Shown here piece by piece: positions 22,868 to 31,102 of a stretch of DNA of 64,000 nt. A program made the translations under genes and the position numbers. This DNA comes from a virus, in IMG/VR virus record IMGVR_UViG_3300045391_000992, positions 1 through 64,000 of that record; one strand, 5' to 3'. The number at the start of each line of letters is the position of its first letter. Positions within the stretch are counted from its first letter, which is position 1. The notes under the pieces are model-generated. The model made no database searches. It saw only the letters and a program-made list of their open reading frames with translations, and was not told the origin of the DNA.

Positions 22868-23351
22868 GTTTGTCTTCCTTTCTGATGATAAGTTTGAGTA
22901 AGCCATTAGCGGCGTACCCGGGGAACTCCCGATTGATCAGCCCGGGAATGCGGTGTAGCTCGTTCATGAATGACATGTAAGACGGAGCCACCCGCCGCAT
23001 CATCATGTCACGCTCGAGCAGGACCAGCCCGACCTTGAACAGGGCGCGCTGGGCAGTCTTTGAACCGACCTGTGAGATGTAGGCTCTCACACGTGGCAGT
23101 TTGTTTTTGAATGAGTCGTATTGTCGCGCGTGCATAAGGTCGGTAGTGGGGACCGGACGACCCCCTCTATCGCGCCCATGCTCCGCGATCATAACTAACT
23201 CTTCTGGTGCATCAGGGAATGCTACCGCACGATCGGCGCTGCCCGGGCCCAGTTGCAGGAGAACGGTTATGTGGTTCCGTAACTCCTGCAACTCTTGTGA
23301 CGTGAGCCCTTTGGTCGCGCGGATCGCTTTTGCGAGACTGTCTGTCGTCAT
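22728..23351 (-). CDS. hypothetical protein (207 aa); last ~46 codons overlap queE out of frame
   Basis: ORF track. The C-terminal tail is R/P-rich. Confidence 0.5.
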   Translation of the reverse strand: MTTDSLAKAIRATKGLTSQELQELRNHITVLLQLGPGSADRAVAFPDAPEELVMIAEHGRDRGGRPVPTTDLMHARQYDSFKNKLPRVRAYISQVGSKTAQRALFKVGLVLLERDMMMRRVAPSYMSFMNELHRIPGLINREFPGYAANGLLKLIIRKEDKHVRSEQGERIVQRERDTPAGERSVLHTAGGGTGLRPPRHIRAPREV

Positions 23352-23382
23352 GTAACGACATACTGCCCCGCATAGCAGTGTC

Positions 23383-23925
23383 TCAGGCGTCGGGCAGTTC
23401 CACGCCGATCAGCGTGCCTTGATCGTCGATATACACGCCCTTTGGCAATGCGTGGCCGCGCGATCGGAGCGTGACGGCAGACAGGTGTTTGTCGAAGTAC
23501 GGGATGTCCTTCACACCCAACCGAACCATGTGCATCACATTGTTAATTGCGAGCGTATTGTCCCAGCCGCCGGGCGGAGGCGCGAGGCCCCACCGAAGGC
23601 TGAACTTCTTCCACAACGATTGATCGTTGATTGCCATCAGGGCCTCGAAGCGATCGGCATCATATTGCTCGCGACGTTCGACCGCGAGCTGCTGCGCGAT
23701 CGGGGGCGGGGCCACGGGCTTGCCTTGGGCGTCGAGCACAATCGATTTGAGATGCCCGCGACCGGGGACCTGCGCCGGCGTGCGCAGACGTTCGATCTCG
23801 GCCGCAAGCTCCGCAAGCATGACAGCCATCTTCGTGATATCGTCGACTGCAATGTCGGCCACCTTCTTGCCGTGCAGTGCAGCGGTGAATGTTTTGATCT
23901 CGTCAAATCGATTAGCGGTCAGCAT
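23383..23925 (-). CDS. hypothetical protein (180 aa)
   Basis: ORF track. Overlaps the upstream stop by 14 nt. Confidence 0.55.
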   Translation of the reverse strand: MLTANRFDEIKTFTAALHGKKVADIAVDDITKMAVMLAELAAEIERLRTPAQVPGRGHLKSIVLDAQGKPVAPPPIAQQLAVERREQYDADRFEALMAINDQSLWKKFSLRWGLAPPPGGWDNTLAINNVMHMVRLGVKDIPYFDKHLSAVTLRSRGHALPKGVYIDDQGTLIGVELPDA

Positions 23926-24628
23926 TTACGAACTCCTCGAGCAAGACCGAGTGTGGCTTGCGGTTGTCGGGTTGAATGAATTGCCAGTCCGGCCCTGATG
24001 ACGGGTCGAAGTTTAGATCGCTCTGCTCGAGCGCCTCCGCAACGTCGACCCATATCGGGTGATGATGGTTCGCGCGGGTCCACACTTTCGCGTTGTGAGT
24101 GACGAAAGCCCGGAACAGCCGCAACAGGTGCTCAACACTCCTTTGATCGACGGGCAGCAACGGGGGCACGGGAGCGGTTTGGGGTTCGGGGCGTCGTTGT
24201 GCAGGGGGCGTCACTCCCGCGCTCTGTTGCCCGCTCCCTGCTGACTGAGGCCCCTTGCGATCGGACCACATTTTGAGCACGTCGGACACCCGACGAATGT
24301 GCCACGTGTCATCGTCATCGGCGAATGCCGCTTCAACGTCGCGCTTGCGCGCGAAGTGCAGGGCGTCCCCGATGGAGTCAGTCCAGAAGTAGCCCTCCTC
24401 GTTGATCGCGCGTGCTTTCGAGTCGTCACCGTTCATGGCGACCCAGCCGTCAGGCGTGCTATCGAATAGTTCGAGCACGAAGTGCGCAGCGCGGAGCAGC
24501 TGGGCCTGCTCCTGCGATTTGAGTCGGCCCCACCTGAGATCCTGCAGTTCGCGCAGTTTGTCGGGCCCGATATGTTTGACTTCATTCGGGCCCACGATGG
24601 TCTTGGCGATTTGGTTAAGCGTCGGCAT
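23912..24628 (-). CDS. hypothetical protein (238 aa)
   Basis: ORF track. The start abuts the upstream stop. Confidence 0.55.
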   Translation of the reverse strand: MPTLNQIAKTIVGPNEVKHIGPDKLRELQDLRWGRLKSQEQAQLLRAAHFVLELFDSTPDGWVAMNGDDSKARAINEEGYFWTDSIGDALHFARKRDVEAAFADDDDTWHIRRVSDVLKMWSDRKGPQSAGSGQQSAGVTPPAQRRPEPQTAPVPPLLPVDQRSVEHLLRLFRAFVTHNAKVWTRANHHHPIWVDVAEALEQSDLNFDPSSGPDWQFIQPDNRKPHSVLLEEFVNADR

Positions 24629-25396
24629 TTATGCGTTCTCCTCTTCTTCAATATCAATTTCGTAGTTATGTTCCTTTAACCACATCCTGAGTCCTTGGCG
24701 CAAAACTTCGTGCATAGTCAGATGCTGATCAAATGCAGCTTGCCGCAACACGCGGTGTAGGTCTTCGCTGATTATAAAATTCACCGTCCGCATTTGTTTT
24801 CGATACGACGGTTCAAGCGTGATGCCGACGCCCCCTTTCGGTGTCTTATCAATAGCTGCTTGCGCTTGTGCAAGACGTTCACGCTCCGCTGCCTCGGCTA
24901 TATTTCTTTCACGCTGGGCCAACACGTCAGGGGTGTTGTCAAAGAAATTGCCTAGCGAACCCGTCAGAGGACGGTTCTCCATCGTATCTTCAAAATCTTT
25001 CTTCGACACCTGTGACAGTTTGATCAATTCCAAGATCCGCATGTCACTCATTCCTGCCGTAGCCTTCTCGTCGAACGATTTTCTAATTCGCTCAACTTTC
25101 CTTTTGGTTGTTATTCCATAGTGCTCTTGCCCAGCACTCTTATATTTTTCTGGCTTGAGGCCCTTGAGCGCATTTGCAAATAGTTCAGAGATGCGCCGCC
25201 AAGCCCGGAGCCTGATCTCAATAAACTTTCGTTCGGTCTCCTCGTCCTTGATTTGTTTATAGTACGCCGTCAATGCGATTGACTTGTCCACAATGTCGGA
25301 GCATAGATCGACCGTGTGACACTTATCGATAGCCGCGGCCATGGCGTTATACAAAACCAACGCCTTATTAACCGTTGTAGGCACCACCATATGCAA
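24629..25396 (-). CDS. DNA-binding protein with C-terminal ribbon-helix-helix domain
   Basis: C-terminus RTVNFIISEDLHRVLRQAAFDQHLTMHEVLRQGL has the RHH pattern. Visibly AT-richer than the flanks. Confidence 0.5.
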   Translation of the reverse strand: MHMVVPTTVNKALVLYNAMAAAIDKCHTVDLCSDIVDKSIALTAYYKQIKDEETERKFIEIRLRAWRRISELFANALKGLKPEKYKSAGQEHYGITTKRKVERIRKSFDEKATAGMSDMRILELIKLSQVSKKDFEDTMENRPLTGSLGNFFDNTPDVLAQRERNIAEAAERERLAQAQAAIDKTPKGGVGITLEPSYRKQMRTVNFIISEDLHRVLRQAAFDQHLTMHEVLRQGLRMWLKEHNYEIDIEEEENA

Positions 25397-25456
25397 TACT
25401 CCTGAAAAGGTTCGAGGCCCGCGACCACCACGGGCCCCGCGTCACACAATCATACT

Positions 25457-25999
25457 TCACACTCGACGCGTGCCGTTCCCGATCAAGCCGGCCAGCGCTG
25501 AGAGCTCCTGCCGATCGGCCTCAGCGACGAAAGGCCCCATAGGCAATCGAGGGTCGCGGCTCGCAAGCGTCGTGTCGATCACCGGGGGACTTGTCGGAAG
25601 TTTGGATGGTCCCATTTCATTCCGGGGTCTGGGAGCAGTCTGATCTTGATCGTCCTCGTCTCGTTGAAGTGACCTCCGTTCGTCGGGAGCCTGTTCCTCG
25701 GTCACCTGCTCCTGCCCGCGCTGCTTCATGGCGCGTTCGACCGCGCGCTCGCGCGTCATCACGTTGAGCGACTCGACCATGCCCGCGGCGACCTGACGAA
25801 TGATCGTCTCCATCGTCGTCGCCTTGACAAGGTTATCCCGCGATTGCCCCGCAAGCATCGCGTTCTCGATCTGCAAACGCGATCGATCGGCGCTGACGAT
25901 TGCAAGCTGGCGGTGCAGCTGCTCGTTCTCGTTTCGCAGAATCTCCACCTCAGTTTCGAGCTGGGCGACCTCATTCGCAGTGCGTTGTCCATTAGCCAT
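25457..25999 (-). CDS. coiled-coil protein (180 aa)
   Basis: Heptad-like N-terminus EVAQLETEVEILRNENEQLHRQL. Confidence 0.5.
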   Translation of the reverse strand: MANGQRTANEVAQLETEVEILRNENEQLHRQLAIVSADRSRLQIENAMLAGQSRDNLVKATTMETIIRQVAAGMVESLNVMTRERAVERAMKQRGQEQVTEEQAPDERRSLQRDEDDQDQTAPRPRNEMGPSKLPTSPPVIDTTLASRDPRLPMGPFVAEADRQELSALAGLIGNGTRRV

Positions 26000-26501
26000 T
26001 GTCGTTCTCCATTGCTAGTTTGATACCGTCGAGACGGGCTTTGCCCGCCATTCGATCGCAGTACTCGTTCCACACATGGCCGGCATGACCCTTGACGTGT
26101 TGGAACTTCAAACTCTTGCATCGTTCAGCGTGACGGTGCAGGAGTAACCAAATCTCCTTGTTAGGAGCATCGATCAGGCCATCGGCGAGTTGGTGTCGGA
26201 ACTGCGACTCCATCCCGTTGATGACATACATGGAGTCGGTGTGTACCACGATGGAATAAGACCGCAGGCCGAAATCCTTGACGTAGCGCAGGGCATTGAG
26301 CACAGCCATGAGCTCCATCGTTTGGTTCGTCTGCGGGGGTTCGCAATGCCCTGACCGATACACATTCGACTCGTTGCCCTCGGGGTCTGACAGCACGATG
26401 AATGCCCAGCCCCCGTGAGTCCTCTTCTTGGAGCGATGCCACGCACAAGACCCATCCGTGTAGATGTGGATCGGCGGCTTGTCAGCGTTGCGTCGGCTCA
26501 T
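25992..26501 (-). CDS. rnhA: ribonuclease HI
   Basis: IYTDGSC, ELMAVLNAL, VHTDSMYV and HVKGHAGHVWNEYCD motifs. Start in an ATGA overlap at 26498-26501. Confidence 0.85.
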   Translation of the reverse strand: MSRRNADKPPIHIYTDGSCAWHRSKKRTHGGWAFIVLSDPEGNESNVYRSGHCEPPQTNQTMELMAVLNALRYVKDFGLRSYSIVVHTDSMYVINGMESQFRHQLADGLIDAPNKEIWLLLHRHAERCKSLKFQHVKGHAGHVWNEYCDRMAGKARLDGIKLAMENDNG

Positions 26502-26680
26502 TTCTTGCCTCGCTTGAGATGCAGGAAGTTCGGGCAAGACTCCTTGCTCCTGTCCGAGCATGGCTTGATGTAGAAGTGTTTGCAGAACGTGCACTGCTTC
26601 GCCTGCGACACGACCTGACCATATTGACGATCAGGTTCGGCAGGTTCCTCGAGTCGTTCGCGTTTGACGGACTTTTTCAT
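26498..26680 (-). CDS. small Cys-rich (zinc-finger-like) protein (60 aa)
   Basis: MKKSVKRERLEEP..CTFCKHFYIKPCSDRSKESCPNF. Start in an ATGA overlap. Confidence 0.45.
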   Translation of the reverse strand: MKKSVKRERLEEPAEPDRQYGQVVSQAKQCTFCKHFYIKPCSDRSKESCPNFLHLKRGKK

Positions 26681-27039
26681 TGCTCCGGCAACTCCGCCCA
26701 CGCGATCGGATCGGGGATGTAATGTGGGGCCGCGCCGTCACGCGTGATGAACTGCAACTCGTCAATCACCCTGTTGGCGCGCCAAATGATCACGGAGTAT
26801 CTCCCTTCCGGGCTGTCATAAAGGCCGAGGAAGGGTTTGCTATGTGAAGGGAAGTTCGTGTCGTATGTGTATCGATAGGGTGTCACGTCACGCTTGCGCC
26901 CGACCGGCACGTTCACGAAGCCATGCCCGTCACCGTATATGTCACGTCGATTGGTCATCATAATCTCCATTGCGATTTTGAGGGCAGCGAGGAGTCCAAG
27001 GCCGTCAACAATGAGAATGAACTCCTCGGTCTTGATCAT
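26677..27039 (-). CDS. hypothetical protein (120 aa)
   Basis: ATGA overlap with the upstream stop. Confidence 0.55.
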   Translation of the reverse strand: MIKTEEFILIVDGLGLLAALKIAMEIMMTNRRDIYGDGHGFVNVPVGRKRDVTPYRYTYDTNFPSHSKPFLGLYDSPEGRYSVIIWRANRVIDELQFITRDGAAPHYIPDPIAWAELPEQ

Positions 27040-27593
27040 CCGAACATCCCCGGGAACTCGACTCCGTCCAACTCACTCTCGATTTCTTCGAGTGCGTTTG
27101 TGAGCTCATTGGCAACGTTCTGCTTGCTCTCGTCCCATTGCAGGACCTTCTTCTCCTCATTGAGTGCGTCAATGATGATCTGCAAACGACCCTGCACATG
27201 GCTGAGTCGTTGCGATCGTGAGAAGCCCCTGCGACGCGGGGTCGGGTCTTGGATCGTGACCTTGACCTCGTTGATAAACGACATGGTCTCGGGCGTCACA
27301 GGGTCGTTGCCGGCCTGCTCCTCGAGTGTGTCGGCCGCCTGCTCGATCTCAGAGTGCTTGTCACCGCCTTGCTGATTCTCGGGCATGTTATCGGCCCAAT
27401 CGCGCATCTCCTGAGCAAGCTCCTCGATATCGGCCATGCACTCACCGATCGCGTCAAGCACGCCGACTTGACGCGGCGCCGGGGGCGCGGCCCTTGGGGT
27501 TCGCTTTCGTCGCGCGGGCGGCTTGCCCTTTGCTGGTCGGTGTCGAATGTTCCCGACCTTCTTTTTGAACGTGCTTCGTTTTGTCTTTGCCAT
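27036..27593 (-). CDS. hypothetical acidic protein with basic N-terminus (185 aa)
   Basis: Start at ATG 27591-27593, with AAGGAG 7 nt upstream. Confidence 0.55.
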   Translation of the reverse strand: MAKTKRSTFKKKVGNIRHRPAKGKPPARRKRTPRAAPPAPRQVGVLDAIGECMADIEELAQEMRDWADNMPENQQGGDKHSEIEQAADTLEEQAGNDPVTPETMSFINEVKVTIQDPTPRRRGFSRSQRLSHVQGRLQIIIDALNEEKKVLQWDESKQNVANELTNALEEIESELDGVEFPGMFG

Positions 27594-27849
27594 TTGGTAA
27601 CTCCTTAATCGCAGCACCCACGCTGCATTCGATATGTGCGTTTCGAATGGTCCACTTACTGCGTTGCAGCGATGACCACCACCGTTGCGCGTCGTCGTCG
27701 TTGAGCAGGATGCCTCCGCGCATATCAACATACTCGCTCAGCGCCCTGTTGATTGACGACGCAACAAAGACGGGAAGGCCCCGCGGATCGCACAACGCGA
27801 ACCGCAGGACCTTTGACGAGTACGTGTTGAGACGCTCCCTAGCCGCCAT
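27454..27849 (-). CDS. hypothetical protein (131 aa); 3' end overlaps the next gene by 140 nt
   Basis: ORF track. The start overlaps the XRE-regulator stop. Confidence 0.4.
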   Translation of the reverse strand: MAARERLNTYSSKVLRFALCDPRGLPVFVASSINRALSEYVDMRGGILLNDDDAQRWWSSLQRSKWTIRNAHIECSVGAAIKELPNGKDKTKHVQKEGREHSTPTSKGQAARATKANPKGRAPGAASSRRA

Positions 27850-28225
27850 GCGCCGTCATTGACTCGAGGAGTCCCACGACGCGGTACCGGGTCTCCATGT
27901 CCGCAATCTTGTGGAACGCGACGAGCAGGCGCTGGCTGGGCCGATCGGTGAACAGCGACAACATCTTCGTTTGCTCGCCCGAGTTCTCGCCCGTGAAGTA
28001 CGACATCTCGGTATTGTCGAGCGCCTTTGCAATTTGCGCGAGACGTGGGACCGACACGCGGTTGACGCCCTTCTCGTACTTCTGCACCTGTTGAAACGAC
28101 ACACCGATATGTTCGCCGAGTTCGGCCTGCGACATGCTGATCTCGATGCGGCGCGCGCGGATCTTGTCGCCCAGTTCCTTGTCGGCCTTCGTTGCGGAAC
28201 GTTGTTTAATCTTCTTGGCTTTCAT
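27839..28225 (-). CDS. XRE-family helix-turn-helix transcriptional regulator
   Basis: LGDKIRARRIEISMSQAELGEHIGVSFQQVQKYEKGVNRVS is a classic Cro/CI-type HTH. Confidence 0.85.
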   Translation of the reverse strand: MKAKKIKQRSATKADKELGDKIRARRIEISMSQAELGEHIGVSFQQVQKYEKGVNRVSVPRLAQIAKALDNTEMSYFTGENSGEQTKMLSLFTDRPSQRLLVAFHKIADMETRYRVVGLLESMTAHGG

Positions 28226-28240
28226 AATAGATACTCCTGT

Positions 28241-28444
28241 TTACTTGTTGGGGTTCATCTTGTTCAGTAGGTCGCGTGACACGGCGGCGCCCTGATTAAA
28301 ATCGGGGTGCAGTCGTGCCCTCTTCTCGATGGCGTCGGCGACACGTCGAAACATGTCGCGGTGGCTTGTGGTATCGCTGAAGCCACCACAGGCCTCATTG
28401 ATCGCTTCTGCGATCTCCTGCAGCACGTTCATTCGATGCTCCAC
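28241..28444 (-). CDS. hypothetical protein (67 aa)
   Basis: ORF track. Confidence 0.45.
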   Translation of the reverse strand: MEHRMNVLQEIAEAINEACGGFSDTTSHRDMFRRVADAIEKRARLHPDFNQGAAVSRDLLNKMNPNK

Positions 28445-28683
28445 TTCATTCTTGCAATGCTCCCGCCCGGCATGTGGCCGGTCAGGATCAACCCTTTTAT
28501 GGACCCCAGTTTGCGATCCCTCTTGAGATTATCGATGACCTCTTGAAGGGAGCGCGGCGTCGTGAGCGTCCAATATTCTCCCGTGTCCTGCTGCAGAACG
28601 AGATAAAGAGGATGCTCTTCAACGACGCAAAAAATCTTTTTCACGCCGTCGAAGAATTCGCGATAGTGGAGTTGTGGGTGCAT
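28429..28683 (-). CDS. hypothetical protein (84 aa)
   Basis: ORF track. Confidence 0.45.
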   Translation of the reverse strand: MHPQLHYREFFDGVKKIFCVVEEHPLYLVLQQDTGEYWTLTTPRSLQEVIDNLKRDRKLGSIKGLILTGHMPGGSIARMKWSIE

Positions 28684-28686
28684 CGA

Positions 28687-29067
28687 TCAGGCCACTCCCT
28701 TGACGAGACGGAGCTTGGTCTTCTTGACCCGTTTCTTCTTGGGCGGCGACTCCTTCGCCATACGGGCCCGCTCGGCCTTGATGTACAGCTTGGCGTCGAT
28801 CAGTTGCGTCTCGAGATCGAACTTGTTGGTCGTGCGCTGCCACTTGCGCTCGAACCCGAGTGCGGTCGCGATCGACATGACGGTCGCGTTCTGCGGCCGC
28901 TTCGTGTCGCCGTACAGGATGCCGTAAACGGTCCCATATGCGAGCGTGGAGAGTTGGGCAATACGGCCAATGTGGGCCTTGCCCTTCAAGCCCGACTCGT
29001 CGACCATCATCATGATCTCGTCGTTGACGGGGTCCTTGTTCGTGAAACGGTAGGTACGTGACTTCAT
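28687..29067 (-). CDS. putative DNA-binding protein (126 aa)
   Basis: Start moved to MKSRTYRF (ATG 29065-29067). IGRIAQLSTLAYGTVYGILYG looks HTH-like, with a basic tail. Confidence 0.45.
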   Translation of the reverse strand: MKSRTYRFTNKDPVNDEIMMMVDESGLKGKAHIGRIAQLSTLAYGTVYGILYGDTKRPQNATVMSIATALGFERKWQRTTNKFDLETQLIDAKLYIKAERARMAKESPPKKKRVKKTKLRLVKGVA

Positions 29068-29081
29068 GGTGTGTTGCCCCC

Positions 29082-29477
29082 TCAGAGCGTGCAGTGTTCT
29101 TGTGCGAATTTGCGGCCGGCTGCAGTAATGCGGTAACCACCGCCCGCAGCAGCCACGACGACCTTGTCCTTCTTCAACCGATCGAGAAGGGAGCCGACGT
29201 GCGGCGAACGCCCTGCGGCGACCATCGCGTCGGAGATCATTTTGGTCGTCATCGTCGCGCCGTGCGCAAGCAATGCGTTGAGCACGATGCACTTGCCCGA
29301 TGACCCCTCGGTGTCCTTACCCCGAACCCGGGTCTTGGTTTCGGGCTTCGCGTGGCCGTTGACGCGAACGGCTGGCAGTATCTCCGCGCCGTCGATCGTG
29401 CGCATGAGATTCCAGAAGCGTCCCCATGCCTCTTCCGGCACGCGGAACGATCCCGTTATGTCAGTCTGTTTTGGCAT
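29082..29477 (-). CDS. putative winged-helix DNA-binding protein (131 aa)
   Basis: AAGGAG 8 nt upstream. C-terminal half IVLNALLAHGATMTTKMISDAMV..LLDRLKKDKVV looks MarR-like. Confidence 0.5.
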   Translation of the reverse strand: MPKQTDITGSFRVPEEAWGRFWNLMRTIDGAEILPAVRVNGHAKPETKTRVRGKDTEGSSGKCIVLNALLAHGATMTTKMISDAMVAAGRSPHVGSLLDRLKKDKVVVAAAGGGYRITAAGRKFAQEHCTL

Positions 29478-29521
29478 TCGTCAGTCTCCTTTGCTTCCCA
29501 GTGTCTATTACTGGGTTTGGC

Positions 29522-29550
29522 ATTATAGCGTGCAAAGGAGCGTGACGCAA
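29522..29550 (-). promoter_or_regulatory. candidate sigma-70 promoter for the regulator block
   Basis: Minus strand reads TTGCGT-N17-TATAAT, 45 nt upstream of ATG 29477. Confidence 0.5.
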
Positions 29551-29610
29551 TCACACTACAATCCCCGCGATATTCGCATGTCCTATGGCAGTGTGAGTTC
29601 TCACACCTTA

Positions 29611-29988
29611 CTAACACAATTGCGGATGTTTCAGACGCAGTGTCTCGAATACTCGAGTCTTGCGTCCCTTGAATGTGGAGAAAGGCACGTCGCAATCAAG
29701 CTTGAGTCTGATCACGGGCAGCTTGAGTCTGCGCTCACACTCGCGCAAATGATGCTCGCATATCAATTCATGCTCGGGGAGCTTGAGGTATTGCTTGATC
29801 GCAAGGTCTATCGTGAATTTGCGAACCTTGCGTTTATCACGCTTGCGCTGCGCGCTTGCGTAGCCTTTGCGACGTTTCGTTTTATGTCGCGGAGCTTGAT
29901 CGGGATAGCTCAACGCTTTCGAGTAGGGTTTGCGCACAAGCTTCTTATTCACACCCCATGCCGCGTACTTTCTCAACGTATACTTCAT
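29611..29988 (-). CDS. highly basic hypothetical protein (125 aa), AT-richer gene
   Basis: AAGGAG 8 nt upstream. K/R-rich with a CEHHLRECE motif. Confidence 0.5.
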   Translation of the reverse strand: MKYTLRKYAAWGVNKKLVRKPYSKALSYPDQAPRHKTKRRKGYASAQRKRDKRKVRKFTIDLAIKQYLKLPEHELICEHHLRECERRLKLPVIRLKLDCDVPFSTFKGRKTRVFETLRLKHPQLC

Positions 29989-30031
29989 TTCTCACACTCC
30001 TTACTATTTACCCAGATCCTAGGTGCAACAT

Positions 30032-30073
30032 CTCCACAACACAGCAGTCACTCAGTGTGAAAGTGTTGTGGAG
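30032..30073. promoter_or_regulatory. 11-bp perfect inverted repeat in the leader of 29611-29988
   Basis: CTCCACAACAC-N20-GTGTTGTGGAG, with a nested CACTCAGTG. Confidence 0.5.
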
Positions 30074-30560
30074 CTTTTACCCGTCACCTTTTGGTTGGGT
30101 CTGATTTTTCTAGATGCCATAGGCTTGCAGATCTGCCTATGTCGCTTTTGGCATTATCTCCATTGTAGCGACTTGATCGTTTGATCATTTGCGTCGGACC
30201 CAATTTGATACTGGTGAGCTCATAAAGTCCAGACGGTCAGAGTAAACTGACATAGTTTGCGTTGGTCAACGCATTTGAGGTTTACCAGCGACCGTTTGGC
30301 TAACGGCTGTGAAACTGACCTCACCCGACAGACGGGATGACCTATGGTGTTGCGTGATGGGATCGGGGATGTGCGGATTTGCAATGTTGATCACGTCGCG
30401 CATTGACACATACTGCACGACATTTTCACACTCGTTAGGGCCTCGAGCAACAGGGGGTCATGCGGGGGGCCCGTGTTCGGGGGCGTCGATCGCCCCGCGC
30501 GCTCTGTATCCGCGTTTATTTGAATGTGTGCCGCCCTCGGGCACGGGGGCGAGCAGGCCC

Positions 30561-30594
30561 CAAAACAGCGAAGGCGGAGGCTTTCGCCCCCGCC
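30561..30594 (-). terminator. possible rho-independent terminator after the late operon
   Basis: Minus strand reads GGCGGGGGC-GAAA-GCCTCCGCC, then TTCGCTGTTTTGG. There is a 7-nt gap before the T-run. Confidence 0.4.
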
Positions 30595-30682
30595 CTCACC
30601 TCGGCCCACACTCCCGCGCCAGAGACTGCGGCCGATATACGCGCTCACACGTGGCGGTGGTCAGACCACGGGGCGCGAACTC

Positions 30683-31102
30683 TTAGGTGTCGGAACCAAT
30701 GTTGAACGTGATCCCGCCCGATTGGAATTTGACGGACGAGTTGACGAGCACTGACACCGTGCCGCCGCTAACGACTTTCGACGCGTACAGGTTGCCCGAA
30801 CCCGGGGTCGCGTTGTCGTAAAGGGCGACGTGAGTAAACGTCGCAGCGCCCTCGGCATTGCCGAAGTCAACGGCGATGTCTGAGGTCAACAAGTGTGACG
30901 CGCCCGACGCGATGTCTGCGAACGTCACTTCCTGACGCGGAGCGCCGCTGTTGATCGTCGCGCCGACCTCGGTACCCGACGTCTTCGGGTTCCCGTTGAA
31001 AAGCGCAATGTAGAGATTGGTCGGGCGCGACGGCATGTCGGCTTGATTGTTGAGCCACCGGCAAATCTTGTTGCCGAAGTATGGAGACAGGTCAGAGCTC
31101 AT
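30683..31102 (-). CDS. virion/fibre-associated protein (139 aa), same size class as 59106-59525
   Basis: LYIALFNGNP..GTEV..RQEVTFA..VALYD pattern, common in small phage fibre-associated proteins. Confidence 0.45.
   Translation of the reverse strand: MSSDLSPYFGNKICRWLNNQADMPSRPTNLYIALFNGNPKTSGTEVGATINSGAPRQEVTFADIASGASHLLTSDIAVDFGNAEGAATFTHVALYDNATPGSGNLYASKVVSGGTVSVLVNSSVKFQSGGITFNIGSDT

Noticed and set aside
27839-29477. Calling the phage temperate, or calling a toxin-antitoxin module, from the XRE-type regulator and the small neighbouring ORFs.
   Set aside because: No integrase, excisionase, attP-like site or divergent CI/Cro arrangement is visible in the window. The small ORFs have no recognisable toxin motifs. 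XRE regulators are also common in lytic phages.
29515-29533. Sigma-54-like TGGCAT-N-TGC motifs (TTTGGCATTATAGCGTGCA here, and TTTGGCATTATCTCC at 30147-30161).
   Set aside because: The GG-to-GC spacing is off by one in the first copy and the GC element is absent in the second. Both are on the plus strand, with no plus-strand gene downstream. The same bases are better explained as the minus-strand TATAAT promoter.
30455-30520. GC-rich hairpins (..GGGGCGTCGATCGCCCC..) checked as a possible tRNA or small-RNA gene.
   Set aside because: I could not fold a cloverleaf here: there is no T-loop GTTCRANYC, no anticodon arm and no acceptor pairing. I saw no tRNA-like sequence anywhere in the window, but a tRNAscan/Infernal run was not possible.
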